This document shows positions 1 to 8,690 of a stretch of DNA of 64,000 nt, one piece after another. Within the stretch, counting starts at the first letter, position 1; each line of letters opens with the position of its first letter. Below the pieces are notes generated by a model. That model searched no databases. It saw only the letters and a list, made by a program, of their open reading frames with translations, and had not been told where the DNA came from. The stretch comes from Acidimicrobiaceae bacterium (GTDB taxonomy: Bacteria; Actinomycetota; Acidimicrobiia; Acidimicrobiales; Aldehydirespiratoraceae): contig VXYK01000039.1 of assembly GCA_009845995.1 (NCBI GenBank), forward strand, positions 2,640-66,639, written 5' to 3'. The position numbers and the translations under genes were made by a program.

Positions 1-968
1 ATTGCTGGCACCGATGTTGACTTGATGTAGAAACCGCGTGGGAAGAGCCAGGCTGAAGCTTGCTCATCGGCCTCTATTTCTGCTGGATCGTCTACCCCGG
101 CTGGATCGTCCCGAAGTGCTCTAAGGTCGTCGTCAAGAATTGTGCCGTCCTGCGAGTCAATATGACCGAGTGTCAGATGAGCGCACTCATGGAGCAGCGT
201 GTACAAAAGGCTGTCAAAACGGTCTCCTCGAGTGGTGAGCCCAATTGCGGGGCGGTCATCGGTAAGGAAGGTCACAGCGCCATCGAGCTTGCCTCCCCGA
301 AGACCTTGAGCAAAGACCAGACAAACGCCACAGTCCCCAAAGAGACTAGGAAGTCCGGGGAGTCCCGCCGGCCCGTCTCTGAGCAGTTTCGGAAGGCGCT
401 GTGCAAGCTCCTCTAGGGCGTCTACGGCAAAGTCTGCTACAGCCTGACCCTCGGCAACTCGCCGAACATGTCCAAGCCAAGCTGACTGTTCAATGCTGAT
501 CGGGTCAGTGGAATTCGAACGCCTCGCCGCTAATGCAAACGCTGGATCATCGTCGAGAGCGTTGATCTCAAGTAGTTCGCATACGGCTGCTTCGGTGACA
601 TCAAGATCATCGGTTTGTGGGATCCAACCGCGGGACCGCACTTCGGCCAGGGGTATCACTTCGCGGAGTCGCGCGCGCCGAGCAACTGGACTCGGATGAT
701 CCTGCGTGGCCGCTGATCGCAAACGGTGAAGACGATAGGCGCTTTGAAGATTGAGCCACAGCTCTGGAGTAGTACCGAGCGCTTCGGAAAAGGAGCAGGC
801 TGTCTCGGCCGTGATCGCCTTCTTCCCATTCAGAATCTCCGACACTGCCTGCAGCGGTCGGTCGATGATTCCCGCAAACTCTGTGACAGTCCAGCCGCGC
901 TCGTCTAGCTCGTCGCGGAGGTACTCGCCTGGAGGGAAGACCTCGGCGGGAGTGTAGGTCTTGGTCAT
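1..968 (-). CDS. HigA-like XRE-family HTH antitoxin fused to an ImmA/IrrE-type (HExxH) metallopeptidase domain; 3' end runs off the window
   Basis: Absent from the ORF track because there is no stop inside the window. My own minus-strand translation from ATG 968 has no stops: MTKTYTPAEVFPPGEYLRDELDERGWTVTEFAGIIDRPLQAVSEILNGKKAITAETA (HigA-like HTH) ... LLYTLLHECAHLTLGH ... EIEADEQASAWLFP (HExxH peptidase). A GAAGGAGA RBS lies upstream, 17 nt after the higB-like stop. Confidence 0.75.
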   Translation of the reverse strand, partial: MTKTYTPAEVFPPGEYLRDELDERGWTVTEFAGIIDRPLQAVSEILNGKKAITAETACSFSEALGTTPELWLNLQSAYRLHRLRSAATQDHPSPVARRARLREVIPLAEVRSRGWIPQTDDLDVTEAAVCELLEINALDDDPAFALAARRSNSTDPISIEQSAWLGHVRRVAEGQAVADFAVDALEELAQRLPKLLRDGPAGLPGLPSLFGDCGVCLVFAQGLRGGKLDGAVTFLTDDRPAIGLTTRGDRFDSLLYTLLHECAHLTLGHIDSQDGTILDDDLRALRDDPAGVDDPAEIEADEQASAWLFPRGFYIKSTSVPA

Positions 969-985
969 AGCGCTGAATCTCCTTC

Positions 986-1285
986 CTAGTGGTAATCGAC
1001 GATCTCGACGATGATGAGCAGGTGGCCCTCCGCGTCCTTCCCTATCCGCAAGATGAGCCTCCATTGATCGTTGAGCCTGATTGAGTGCTGACCGACACGG
1101 CCACCTTTGAGTTTCTCGAAACGTAAAGCTCGATAGCTCCGTAAGTCGGACTCGGACTCAGCGTTGGCCAGAAAACCCATCTTCTTCCGGAAGGCCTTCG
1201 TGACGTCTGCCCCAATTCTGGGCAGCACAAAATCTCTCTCCTCGTACAATCGTCGTAAGTCGTCATCCTCGAACTCGAATCTCAT
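986..1285 (-). CDS. higB: HigB/RelE-family toxin (plasmid maintenance system killer type)
   Basis: 99 aa. C-terminus GQHSIRLNDQWRLILRIGKDAEGHLLIIVEIVDYH is the typical HigB signature. Toxin-first order with the HTH antitoxin immediately downstream. Confidence 0.8.
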   Translation of the reverse strand: MRFEFEDDDLRRLYEERDFVLPRIGADVTKAFRKKMGFLANAESESDLRSYRALRFEKLKGGRVGQHSIRLNDQWRLILRIGKDAEGHLLIIVEIVDYH

Positions 1286-1437
1286 TATTCAGACTTTCAC
1301 CCTATAGGTGAACCACTGAAAACCATACAACACTTGAAGAATTCTGTGTCGGATGAATCGCGTTTCAGGAAATTCGGCTCGGTCAGTGATCAATCTACGT
1401 TTCTCCCTGCCTTATATTTTCTATTATTTCATTATTT

Positions 1438-1469
1438 TCTACATGTTGTTGTCACACCTTGCATGTAGA
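1438..1469. promoter_or_regulatory. 8-bp inverted repeat (TCTACATG-16 nt-CATGTAGA) inside an AT/pyrimidine-rich block (about 1395-1478) just upstream of the HNH gene
   Basis: Read directly: ttctacatgttgttgtcacaccttgcatgtagag, preceded by cttatattttctattatttcattatttt. Strongly AT-rich compared with the flanks. Confidence 0.4.
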
Positions 1470-1478
1470 GTTACATCT

Positions 1479-2759
1479 ATGAAATTAGTGTCCGCATCCG
1501 ACTCCTTCAACACCCGACCCGGTACGGCGTGTGGGGAAGACGTGTTTGTTGCGGCGGTTGACGTCGTGGGGCTGGGTGATGAGGGATTGTTGTCTCGGTT
1601 GGGGGTGATCGGTCGTGCTGAGTCTCGTTTGGCGGCAATGAAGTCCCAGGTGCTCGCGGAGGTTGAGCGTCGTCACGACACCTTCGCTGCTCAGCGAGTC
1701 GCCCGTGATGAGCTGCAGTCCTCGGCACGTGAAGCCAAACGGGATGTCGAATCGGCGGTGCGGCTGTCTGAGTTGTCTGCGACCAGTGCCGCGTTGGGGT
1801 CAGGCGAGATCCCCCAAGGCCATGCTCGGCTTATCGCGCGTGCTTCTGGCGAGGGCGACATCGACGAAACAGTCTTGGTCGATTCAGCCAAGCAGCAGGA
1901 TTTCGACGCGTTCGTCAAGACGGTGCGGCGTCATCAGCAGGATCAGTCCAAAGACGACGGCCAGTCGCTCTTGGACCGGCAACGCAAGTCCCGCAAGGCT
2001 CGGATCTTCGAATCTGCTGAGACAGGCATGTTCGTGTTGTCCGCTGAGTTCGACCAGATCACCGGGGCACGAATCGCCACTGCGTTGACCGCCAAAGAAC
2101 GACAGCTGTGGCACAACGAAGACGCCAAGAAACGCCGCACCCCGCAGCAGCGGATGGCCGACGCGTTGGCTGAGTTGATCTGCGAGCCGGGCGCCGACAA
2201 GGGTCAGGGAACCGATCTATTGGTGATCGCCGATTACGACGTGCTTCAACAGCAGTTGGTCAATGCCAGGCTCGCTGACGGTTCACCGATACCGATAGCC
2301 GAGTTGCATCGAATGGCTCTCGAAGCCGACATTCTGCCTTCGATCTTCGACGCCAAGTCTCAGAACATGTGGCTCGGGCGCACCCGACGCACCGCTTCTG
2401 AGGCTCAACGCGTAGCACTCATGGCTCGAGATCAGCACTGCGTGGGCTGCGATGCCAACCCACTGTGGTGCCGAGCCCACCACATCATCTGGTGGCGTGA
2501 CGGCGGGCCAACCGACCTCGACAACCTGTTACTGGTGTGCGACAGCTGTCATCACAAGATCCACGAGCAGGGCTGGACGGTGTACCGACATCCCAAAACC
2601 CGCAAATACCACCTCAAGCCCCCCACCACTAGACCAGAGCCGACCCGAACCACCCAACCCGGCACTGTTCGGCGAACCCGACCAACTTCACCAACACCAT
2701 TTGCGGACCACGGTGCCATCACGATCACCTGCCGTCCACCACCAGCAGAGACCACGTAA
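1479..2759 (+). CDS. HNH endonuclease with DUF222-type N-terminal region (actinobacterial '13E12-repeat' family)
   Basis: HNH motif CRAHHIIWWRDGGPTDLDNLLLVCDSCHHKIH near the C-terminus and a Pro/Thr-rich tail. Start moved to ATG 1479 (MKLVSASD) because the upstream part of the track ORF is the AT-rich non-coding block. Confidence 0.8.
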   Translation: MKLVSASDSFNTRPGTACGEDVFVAAVDVVGLGDEGLLSRLGVIGRAESRLAAMKSQVLAEVERRHDTFAAQRVARDELQSSAREAKRDVESAVRLSELSATSAALGSGEIPQGHARLIARASGEGDIDETVLVDSAKQQDFDAFVKTVRRHQQDQSKDDGQSLLDRQRKSRKARIFESAETGMFVLSAEFDQITGARIATALTAKERQLWHNEDAKKRRTPQQRMADALAELICEPGADKGQGTDLLVIADYDVLQQQLVNARLADGSPIPIAELHRMALEADILPSIFDAKSQNMWLGRTRRTASEAQRVALMARDQHCVGCDANPLWCRAHHIIWWRDGGPTDLDNLLLVCDSCHHKIHEQGWTVYRHPKTRKYHLKPPTTRPEPTRTTQPGTVRRTRPTSPTPFADHGAITITCRPPPAETT

Positions 2760-2813
2760 AGACACACAATCGTTATGGAAACAAGGCAGGTCATGTGCTC
2801 TAGACTGCGAAGT

Positions 2814-3482
2814 ATGGATGACTACGAGTCTCCGGAATGGCACCCCGCATTCGAGGAATACTGCGAAACGATCTACGAGCTCGACGAAGACGATCTAGAT
2901 GTCATACAAGCGCGGATCGCGGACCGTCTTGAAGTATCGCGACCCTCAGTGTCTGAGATGGTCAAGCGCATGGAAGCCGAAGGCTTGATCAATGTCGGCG
3001 ACCAGATCACCCTCACCACAGAGGGAATGCACCTCGCAGAAACGGTTGTACGCCGACATCGTCTCGCCGAGCGTTTCCTCACTGATGTTTTAGGCCTGAC
3101 CTGGGCTCAGGCCCATCAGGAAGCAGGCAAATGGGAGCACATCATTTCGCCGACGGTCGAAAGAGCCATGATGTCGTTGCTCCACGAACCGACCACCTGC
3201 CCGCACGGCAATCCCATCCCTGGTTCGAACTACGAAACCCCCGATCTTGTAGCACTCGACACCATCAAAGTCGGCCAGGAGTTGACCATCCGGCGCATCA
3301 CCGAGGAACTCGAGTTCACCGAAGGAATGCTTGACTTCCTCGAAGAGTCGTCGATCGTCCCAGGGTCGACCGGTCAGCTCAGCGCAAAGTCTCCCGACGG
3401 CACATCCACCGTCGTCATCGACGGCACACCGGTGGTCGTAGGCGGATTCGCCTCCGCCCGAATCCTGGTCAGCGCTTCTTGA
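2814..3482 (+). CDS. DtxR/IdeR/MntR-family metal-dependent transcriptional repressor
   Basis: IYELDEDDLDVIQARIADRLEVSRPSVSEMVKRMEAEGLI (winged HTH), RRHRLAERFLTDVLGL, WEHIISP, TCPHGNPIPG. Start taken at ATG 2814. Confidence 0.85.
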   Translation: MDDYESPEWHPAFEEYCETIYELDEDDLDVIQARIADRLEVSRPSVSEMVKRMEAEGLINVGDQITLTTEGMHLAETVVRRHRLAERFLTDVLGLTWAQAHQEAGKWEHIISPTVERAMMSLLHEPTTCPHGNPIPGSNYETPDLVALDTIKVGQELTIRRITEELEFTEGMLDFLEESSIVPGSTGQLSAKSPDGTSTVVIDGTPVVVGGFASARILVSAS

Positions 3483-3528
3483 CTACCAGTTAGCTGCCAG
3501 TCAGCTGCCAGTTGACGCCAGATAACTG

Positions 3529-6500
3529 CTAGCCGCCGGTAGCGAGTGAGCGGAACTGGGCCAACAGTTCGTCGATACGATCCTGCGCGGCAGCCCAGGC
3601 GCTTCGCTGTGGAGGATCGGCGGCCAGAGCCTCCTGCGACAGGCGGAACTGGCGATCCAACTCGGTGAGCAGTTCCACAAGCGTTTCGGGGGACTCAACA
3701 TCGGGAGCCGGCGTGTCGTCTGGTGCCCGCGTGTCCGCGGGGGCCGGGGTCTCGTCGGGATCCGCTGTCGCCGGCCGGTCTGGATCGCCCGCATCGCCAT
3801 CGCCATCGTCTTCTGCAAGGTCCGCGCCGCTCACATCGCCCAATGCCTCGCCGACGATGTCGGAGAAGTCCTCTCCCGGGAACAGTTGCTGCAATGCTTC
3901 GTTGAGATTGCGGCCGAGGCCGATCTGCTGGGTCTCGCCGACGATCGCGGCGATCACAAACTCAAGGTTCGGCACACTCGTGCCTTCTGCAGACACGTAC
4001 AGCGAACGCACCCACAGAATCGAGTTGTCGATCGGCAGCATTACGAGATCGCTGAAATCAACCTGTGAACCAGCCTGATCCAACAAAGTGAGCCGGGCCG
4101 TGATCTCCTCAGTCTGAGCAATCCCTGAAGCCACAAGCACCGGACCCGGCGCGGTGGAACTCGTCAGCTCGTAGGTGACCAGGCGAGATGATCCGTCCGG
4201 ATGCGTCTCACCCACCATGAATGCTTCAAGTTCTTTGCGGTCGTCGTTCTCGTCGTAGGGAACGAAGGATCGCAGCGTGACGAAGGACGGATCGTCCTCT
4301 CCGGGTAGCTGCAACAGTGTGTAGTAGGGGCTGACCCGCTGCTCACGGACGGTGACGATCCCCTGTTCGTCGACCGAGGACTCGAGGGTGCCGCCTGCGG
4401 AGACCGAGCGGCCCGGATCCTGAGCCACCGCCCAGCGCTCAGTGCCCACGAGCAGACTCACCGGGTTCTCGATCTGGTATGTCGAGTACATGTTGGTCTG
4501 CACTCTGAACAGGTCTTGGGGATACCGCAGGTGATCTTTCAACTCATCGGGCATTTCAGAGAAATCGCTGAACAAGCTGGGGAAAGCCGACCGCCAAGCC
4601 TCGATGATCGGATCCTCGACCGGCATCACATAGAACGACACATCACCGTCGTATGCGTCGACGACAGCCTTTACCGAGTTGCGCACATAGTTGAAACGGG
4701 GCCCGGCCAAACCGCCCCTCTGGAGCCGGTCGTTCTCGGAGCGCTGCGAGTACGGGTACCTGTCGGTGGTCGTGTATGCGTCGATCACATAGTGGATGCG
4801 CTCGTCGAAAATCACTGGGTAGACATCGCTGTCGAATTGCAGGAAGGGTGCAAGCTTCTCCACCCGATCACGCACATCGCGCACGTAGATCACGCGGGTG
4901 TCGTTGTTGATGAAGTTGGATATCAGCGGCTCGATCTGACCGAACCGCAGTGCAAACGCCAGCTGACGAACAATCCCACCCAGTTTGACACCCGCCGATC
5001 CGCTGTAGTTGCCCAACACGTCGCCACCGTCGTTGGCGACATAGTCGACCTCGTCGACGGTTGTGCCGACCAGGGAGTATCCGCCCATGTCTTCGCCGTG
5101 GTAGATCTGCGGAACCCCGAAGTCCAGATCGAGCGAGTCGTCGACGTCGTTGGTGATCGTCGACACCAAGAAGTCCGGGCGACCCTCGTCGGTTGTGGCG
5201 TTGGCGCTCGCCATCGCCAGGCCGTAGCCGTGGGTGACGCGCACATGTCGGCGTTCCCAGTTGGCCGTGTCCTCCCCGGCGAGTTCACGGGCACCGAGCA
5301 CCACCTGCCGCAGTTCACCGTCGACCACATACCGGTCTGTGTCCAACGTGGGCTCCAGCGCTTCGGTTCCCGGCAGCGCATCTTCACCAAGGAACCGATA
5401 GAAGCCGCGTTCTGCCTGGAAACGTTCAAAGGTGGGATGGACCGTGACCGGATCGAGTATTCGGGCATTCTGGACCGTCACCGCATTGGCGCGGATCTGA
5501 TCGGGCGTGAGCACCTCGGAATAGTCGAACGGGTTGACGGTCATGTCCTCAAGACCGAATGCGTGGCGCGTGGCTTCGATGTTGCGATCCGCGAAATCTG
5601 CTTCGCGGGCGGTCTCGTTGGGATCAACCTGAAACCGTTGCACGAACGCTGGATAGATCCCGCCCACCACAATCGCCACGAACGCCCAGAGCCCGACTGC
5701 GAGCACGGGGAGCGTCCAACCTCGTCGCCACAAGTTGACGACCAGCAATACAACAGCGCAAAGCGAAATCGCGATCAGCAGGTACAACGCCGGCAGCTGC
5801 GCATTGACGTCGGTGTAGAACGCTCCGTCGAGAACCCCACGGGTCGATGTCGTCAACTCATATCGGGCCAGCCAGTAGTCCAGTGCCTTGATAACGGCGA
5901 GGACCGCCAGAATGGCTGAAAGGTGGACCTTGACGATCGGCTTGGCCCGTTCACCGCCGATCACGCTGATGCGCACCGATCCGTTGAGATAGTGCGAGAG
6001 GGCCGTGACGATCAGCATGATCACGAAGGCTGCGAAAGCCCAGCCGACCACGTAGCTCAAGAACGGGAGTTGGAAGACATAGAACCCGATGTCAGCCCCG
6101 AACTGAGGATCGGAGATTCCGAACTCCTTGCGGTTCACAAAGAGCAACCATTCTTCCCATTGGCTCGGCACGCCTGCCGACGCAACCATCGTGAACAGGA
6201 GCGAAACCACCGTGCGCACCAAGAAATAGCGACCGCCGATTGCGGTGTGGTACCGCGCGATCAACTCTTCTTCTGGTCCTGGGGGCCTGTGTGTCGGTGC
6301 GCTGCGATCGGAGATCAACAGGTTCACCCACATCAGCACAAAGAAGAAGGCTCCGAAGATCAGCGTTAGAACGATCTTCGCGCCCAGCACCTGCCGCCAT
6401 ACCGACGCGCGGTTGAGTGCGTCGAACCACAGATAATCGGTGTAGAAACTGGCTACTCCGCGCAGGGACAACAGGCCGAACAGCAAAGCGACGATTACTG

Positions 6501-6573
6501 CAAGGACAATGAACCGTCCGTTGCGACGAAATCGTCCACCCCGCGGGTTAATAATGTCCTCAACCTCAGCCAT
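3529..6573 (-). CDS. UPF0182-family large integral membrane protein
   Basis: 1014 aa. N-terminal TM bundle with FYTDYLWFDALNRASVWRQVL, a large extracytoplasmic domain, and an acidic Pro-rich tail. Size and N-terminal motif match the actinobacterial UPF0182 family. Confidence 0.8.
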   Translation of the reverse strand: MAEVEDIINPRGGRFRRNGRFIVLAVIVALLFGLLSLRGVASFYTDYLWFDALNRASVWRQVLGAKIVLTLIFGAFFFVLMWVNLLISDRSAPTHRPPGPEEELIARYHTAIGGRYFLVRTVVSLLFTMVASAGVPSQWEEWLLFVNRKEFGISDPQFGADIGFYVFQLPFLSYVVGWAFAAFVIMLIVTALSHYLNGSVRISVIGGERAKPIVKVHLSAILAVLAVIKALDYWLARYELTTSTRGVLDGAFYTDVNAQLPALYLLIAISLCAVVLLVVNLWRRGWTLPVLAVGLWAFVAIVVGGIYPAFVQRFQVDPNETAREADFADRNIEATRHAFGLEDMTVNPFDYSEVLTPDQIRANAVTVQNARILDPVTVHPTFERFQAERGFYRFLGEDALPGTEALEPTLDTDRYVVDGELRQVVLGARELAGEDTANWERRHVRVTHGYGLAMASANATTDEGRPDFLVSTITNDVDDSLDLDFGVPQIYHGEDMGGYSLVGTTVDEVDYVANDGGDVLGNYSGSAGVKLGGIVRQLAFALRFGQIEPLISNFINNDTRVIYVRDVRDRVEKLAPFLQFDSDVYPVIFDERIHYVIDAYTTTDRYPYSQRSENDRLQRGGLAGPRFNYVRNSVKAVVDAYDGDVSFYVMPVEDPIIEAWRSAFPSLFSDFSEMPDELKDHLRYPQDLFRVQTNMYSTYQIENPVSLLVGTERWAVAQDPGRSVSAGGTLESSVDEQGIVTVREQRVSPYYTLLQLPGEDDPSFVTLRSFVPYDENDDRKELEAFMVGETHPDGSSRLVTYELTSSTAPGPVLVASGIAQTEEITARLTLLDQAGSQVDFSDLVMLPIDNSILWVRSLYVSAEGTSVPNLEFVIAAIVGETQQIGLGRNLNEALQQLFPGEDFSDIVGEALGDVSGADLAEDDGDGDAGDPDRPATADPDETPAPADTRAPDDTPAPDVESPETLVELLTELDRQFRLSQEALAADPPQRSAWAAAQDRIDELLAQFRSLATGG

Positions 6574-6652
6574 CCAAGGAGAGGCTACCGGTCGCGGGAC
6601 CTGAGCCGAACCTGATCAGGCGAAACATCGGGTGAATCAGTCAGCGGTCTCG

Positions 6653-6737
6653 ATGCCAGCCCAATGCCAGCCCAATGCCAGCCCTATGCCGGCTCTGGGC
6701 CAGCCCAATGCCCGCCCTATGCCAATTCTTATGCCAC
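6653..6737. repeat. About 7.5 tandem copies of an 11-bp unit (consensus ATGCCAGCCCA)
   Basis: Read directly: atgccagccca atgccagccca atgccagccct atgccggctct gggccagccca atgcccgccct atgccaattct tatgccac. Lies in the 155-bp gap between the stop of the 627 aa gene and the start of the UPF0182 gene. Confidence 0.85.
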
Positions 6738-8612
6738 CTCCAAATGGCAGGTGCACATGGGATGCGCCGGGGGGAACTGGTCACCTGTGGGGAACTTCTC
6801 GCCGGCGACCACTTCGCCCGCCAACGCGTTGTCCGCACAATCTGCACCACAGGAACCTCCAGCGTTCACCACCCAGCGAACTGTCAACTTGGCCTTGTGT
6901 TTGCGGGTTTTACGGGCGCTGTGGGCTTTGTCAATCTTGACGAGACCATCGACCGCGACCGAAGCCGCCGACGCAGCATCGTTGAGGTGCCGGGAACGGG
7001 CCTCGCGGTACAGCGCTCGAACCGCGTCGGAGAGTTCCTGTTCGCCGTCGAATTGCTGGGCAATGTCCGCGAGCCGTCGCCTTACGGGCTCAAGTGCAAT
7101 CACGTGGATGTTGGCAAGTGCCGGCGTCAGATCGAGTTCCGGTGAACCTCCCAGGGAGACGCACTGTTCCCGCAGGGCTGGAATCGCGGCTTGGTCGTAT
7201 GCAGCATTGTGGCTTGCTTCGGTGTCGAACGTGGTCATTGCGGCTGCTCCGCTACGCCGGATTCCGTCAAGCAACGAACCCTGTTCTTCTACCAGAACCT
7301 TCTTCATGGCTCTTGCCGCCGCTGTGGCCGCGCGTTCGCGAGCGGAGTTCGAACCAGAAGATTCGACGGGTGTCGGTTGGGATTCGGCCTTGGTCTCCTC
7401 GGGATCCTCCGTCTCCTCGGTCTCCTCGGCCTCGGATTTTGGACTCTCGGCAGGTTCTGCGACCTGCTCAGGAGCAGGCTCCGAGTCGGGTTTTGCCCGC
7501 GCAGACCGCAGACGAGAAAAAATATCTCTGGCGTTGCCTACAAGGGATGGGCTTTCGGCCTCTGGCTCGGGCTCAAGCTCGGGTTCTGCTGCAGGTTCGG
7601 CCTCCGGGCCGGTCTCAGCCTCTGATTGGGGCTCAAGTTCCACCTCTGGGACGGGTGCCGGATCAGGTTGTACCGACTCGGCGGATTCTCCTGTATCGGT
7701 GGTATCGGTGGCATCGGCTTCCTCAGAATTGACGCTGAGCGCATCCAAATGGTCCAGAGCCTCCATTTCACCGGTTGTGAAGGTGTCGCTGATCGGCCCG
7801 GGGAGCGGAGAAACGGAGACCAATGGCTGTCCCACCAACCTCCCCGCATCGATCTCCGCTTCAAGATCCTCCGCGGTCGGAGTCGGCTCTGAAGAAATCC
7901 GCAGGCCGGCGCGGTTGGCAGCCGTGCGGGCCTCCGGCACAGAAGTCACCAAGTCTTCGACCGCCGTGTCGAGACTGGTCTGAACCGTTGTCAAGGCTTC
8001 GAGCAGTCGATCCCGCCCGGCTCGAAGTCGTTCGATCTGGGTACGGCCGGTCTGTCGCTTTCGGGCCAGATCGCGCAGCATTCGCTCTCTGACCGCCTGC
8101 GCCTCATTGACCATCTCACGGCCATGATTGCGGCTTTCCTCGACGATCTCGTCAGCTTCAAGCCGCGCTGTCGCAATCAGTTCAGTGGATTGGGCAGTGG
8201 CGTCTGCAAGCACCGACTCCGCGGCAGAGCGCGCCTCGTAACTTATTGCTTCAGCTTCGCTGTCAGCTCGCTCAATCCGACTTGCCGCCGCGTTGTGAGC
8301 TGCCTCGAGCACACTGCTCACCTCGGCCCCGAGCATCTCAGTGACCCGGCGCGCCTCCGCGTCACCTCGACCGGACTGTTGGGATTCGGTCAGCCTCCCA
8401 GTCAGTTCGTCGCAAAGCCGCTGCAATCGACGGATCTCCGATGCAGCTGCCCGAAGCTGGGAACGCACCTCGGCGGGGTCGAATCCGCGCCGCGTGATCG
8501 GGAAGGCCCTCGCCTCGAGAGCGCCGGGATCAAGCGCCTGATCGTTGAGCGAATCGACGACTAGGGGCGCGCTCTCGGGCTCGGCGTCCGGCGTCTCGGT
8601 CACGCCCAACAT
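6729..8612 (-). CDS. DivIVA-domain coiled-coil protein with an acidic/Pro-rich linker and a C-terminal phage Mu-F/SPP1 gp7-like motif
   Basis: N-terminus FPITRRGFDPAEVRSQLRAAASEIRRLQ (DivIVA-type). Long coiled coil, then low complexity (PEAEPAAEPELEPEPEAE). C-terminus WVVNAGGSCGADCADNALAGEVVAGEKFPTGDQFPPAHPMCTCHL resembles the ...C..C...G....F....PP.HPnCRC ending of Mu-F-like proteins. Confidence 0.6.
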   Translation of the reverse strand: MLGVTETPDAEPESAPLVVDSLNDQALDPGALEARAFPITRRGFDPAEVRSQLRAAASEIRRLQRLCDELTGRLTESQQSGRGDAEARRVTEMLGAEVSSVLEAAHNAAASRIERADSEAEAISYEARSAAESVLADATAQSTELIATARLEADEIVEESRNHGREMVNEAQAVRERMLRDLARKRQTGRTQIERLRAGRDRLLEALTTVQTSLDTAVEDLVTSVPEARTAANRAGLRISSEPTPTAEDLEAEIDAGRLVGQPLVSVSPLPGPISDTFTTGEMEALDHLDALSVNSEEADATDTTDTGESAESVQPDPAPVPEVELEPQSEAETGPEAEPAAEPELEPEPEAESPSLVGNARDIFSRLRSARAKPDSEPAPEQVAEPAESPKSEAEETEETEDPEETKAESQPTPVESSGSNSARERAATAAARAMKKVLVEEQGSLLDGIRRSGAAAMTTFDTEASHNAAYDQAAIPALREQCVSLGGSPELDLTPALANIHVIALEPVRRRLADIAQQFDGEQELSDAVRALYREARSRHLNDAASAASVAVDGLVKIDKAHSARKTRKHKAKLTVRWVVNAGGSCGADCADNALAGEVVAGEKFPTGDQFPPAHPMCTCHLEVA

Positions 8613-8690
8613 CGTAGGAGCCGGGCCAGCGCTAATGGGGAATACCCCAACGATCAGTTCCCGACCAACTCGGTTCTTAGTAAGCCATTC

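Noticed and set aside
3483-3528. Short direct repeats (AGCTGCCAGT x2 and CCAGTT x2) between the convergent DtxR-family and UPF0182 genes
   Set aside because: Only two short copies are present, with no stem-loop or T-tract. This is most likely chance or a degenerate terminator region and too weak to report.
4516-5919. 467 aa plus-strand ORF antisense to the UPF0182 gene
   Set aside because: It lies entirely inside a well-supported 1014 aa minus-strand gene. Its composition is the Arg/Val/His/Gly-rich pattern typical of shadow ORFs in high-GC DNA, and no motif is present.
6664-7983. 439 aa plus-strand ORF (plus several nested ORFs) opposite the DivIVA-domain gene
   Set aside because: Ser/Ala/Gly-rich low complexity mirrors the acidic/Pro-rich repeats of the real minus-strand gene. 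It begins inside the 11-bp tandem array, and no motif is present.
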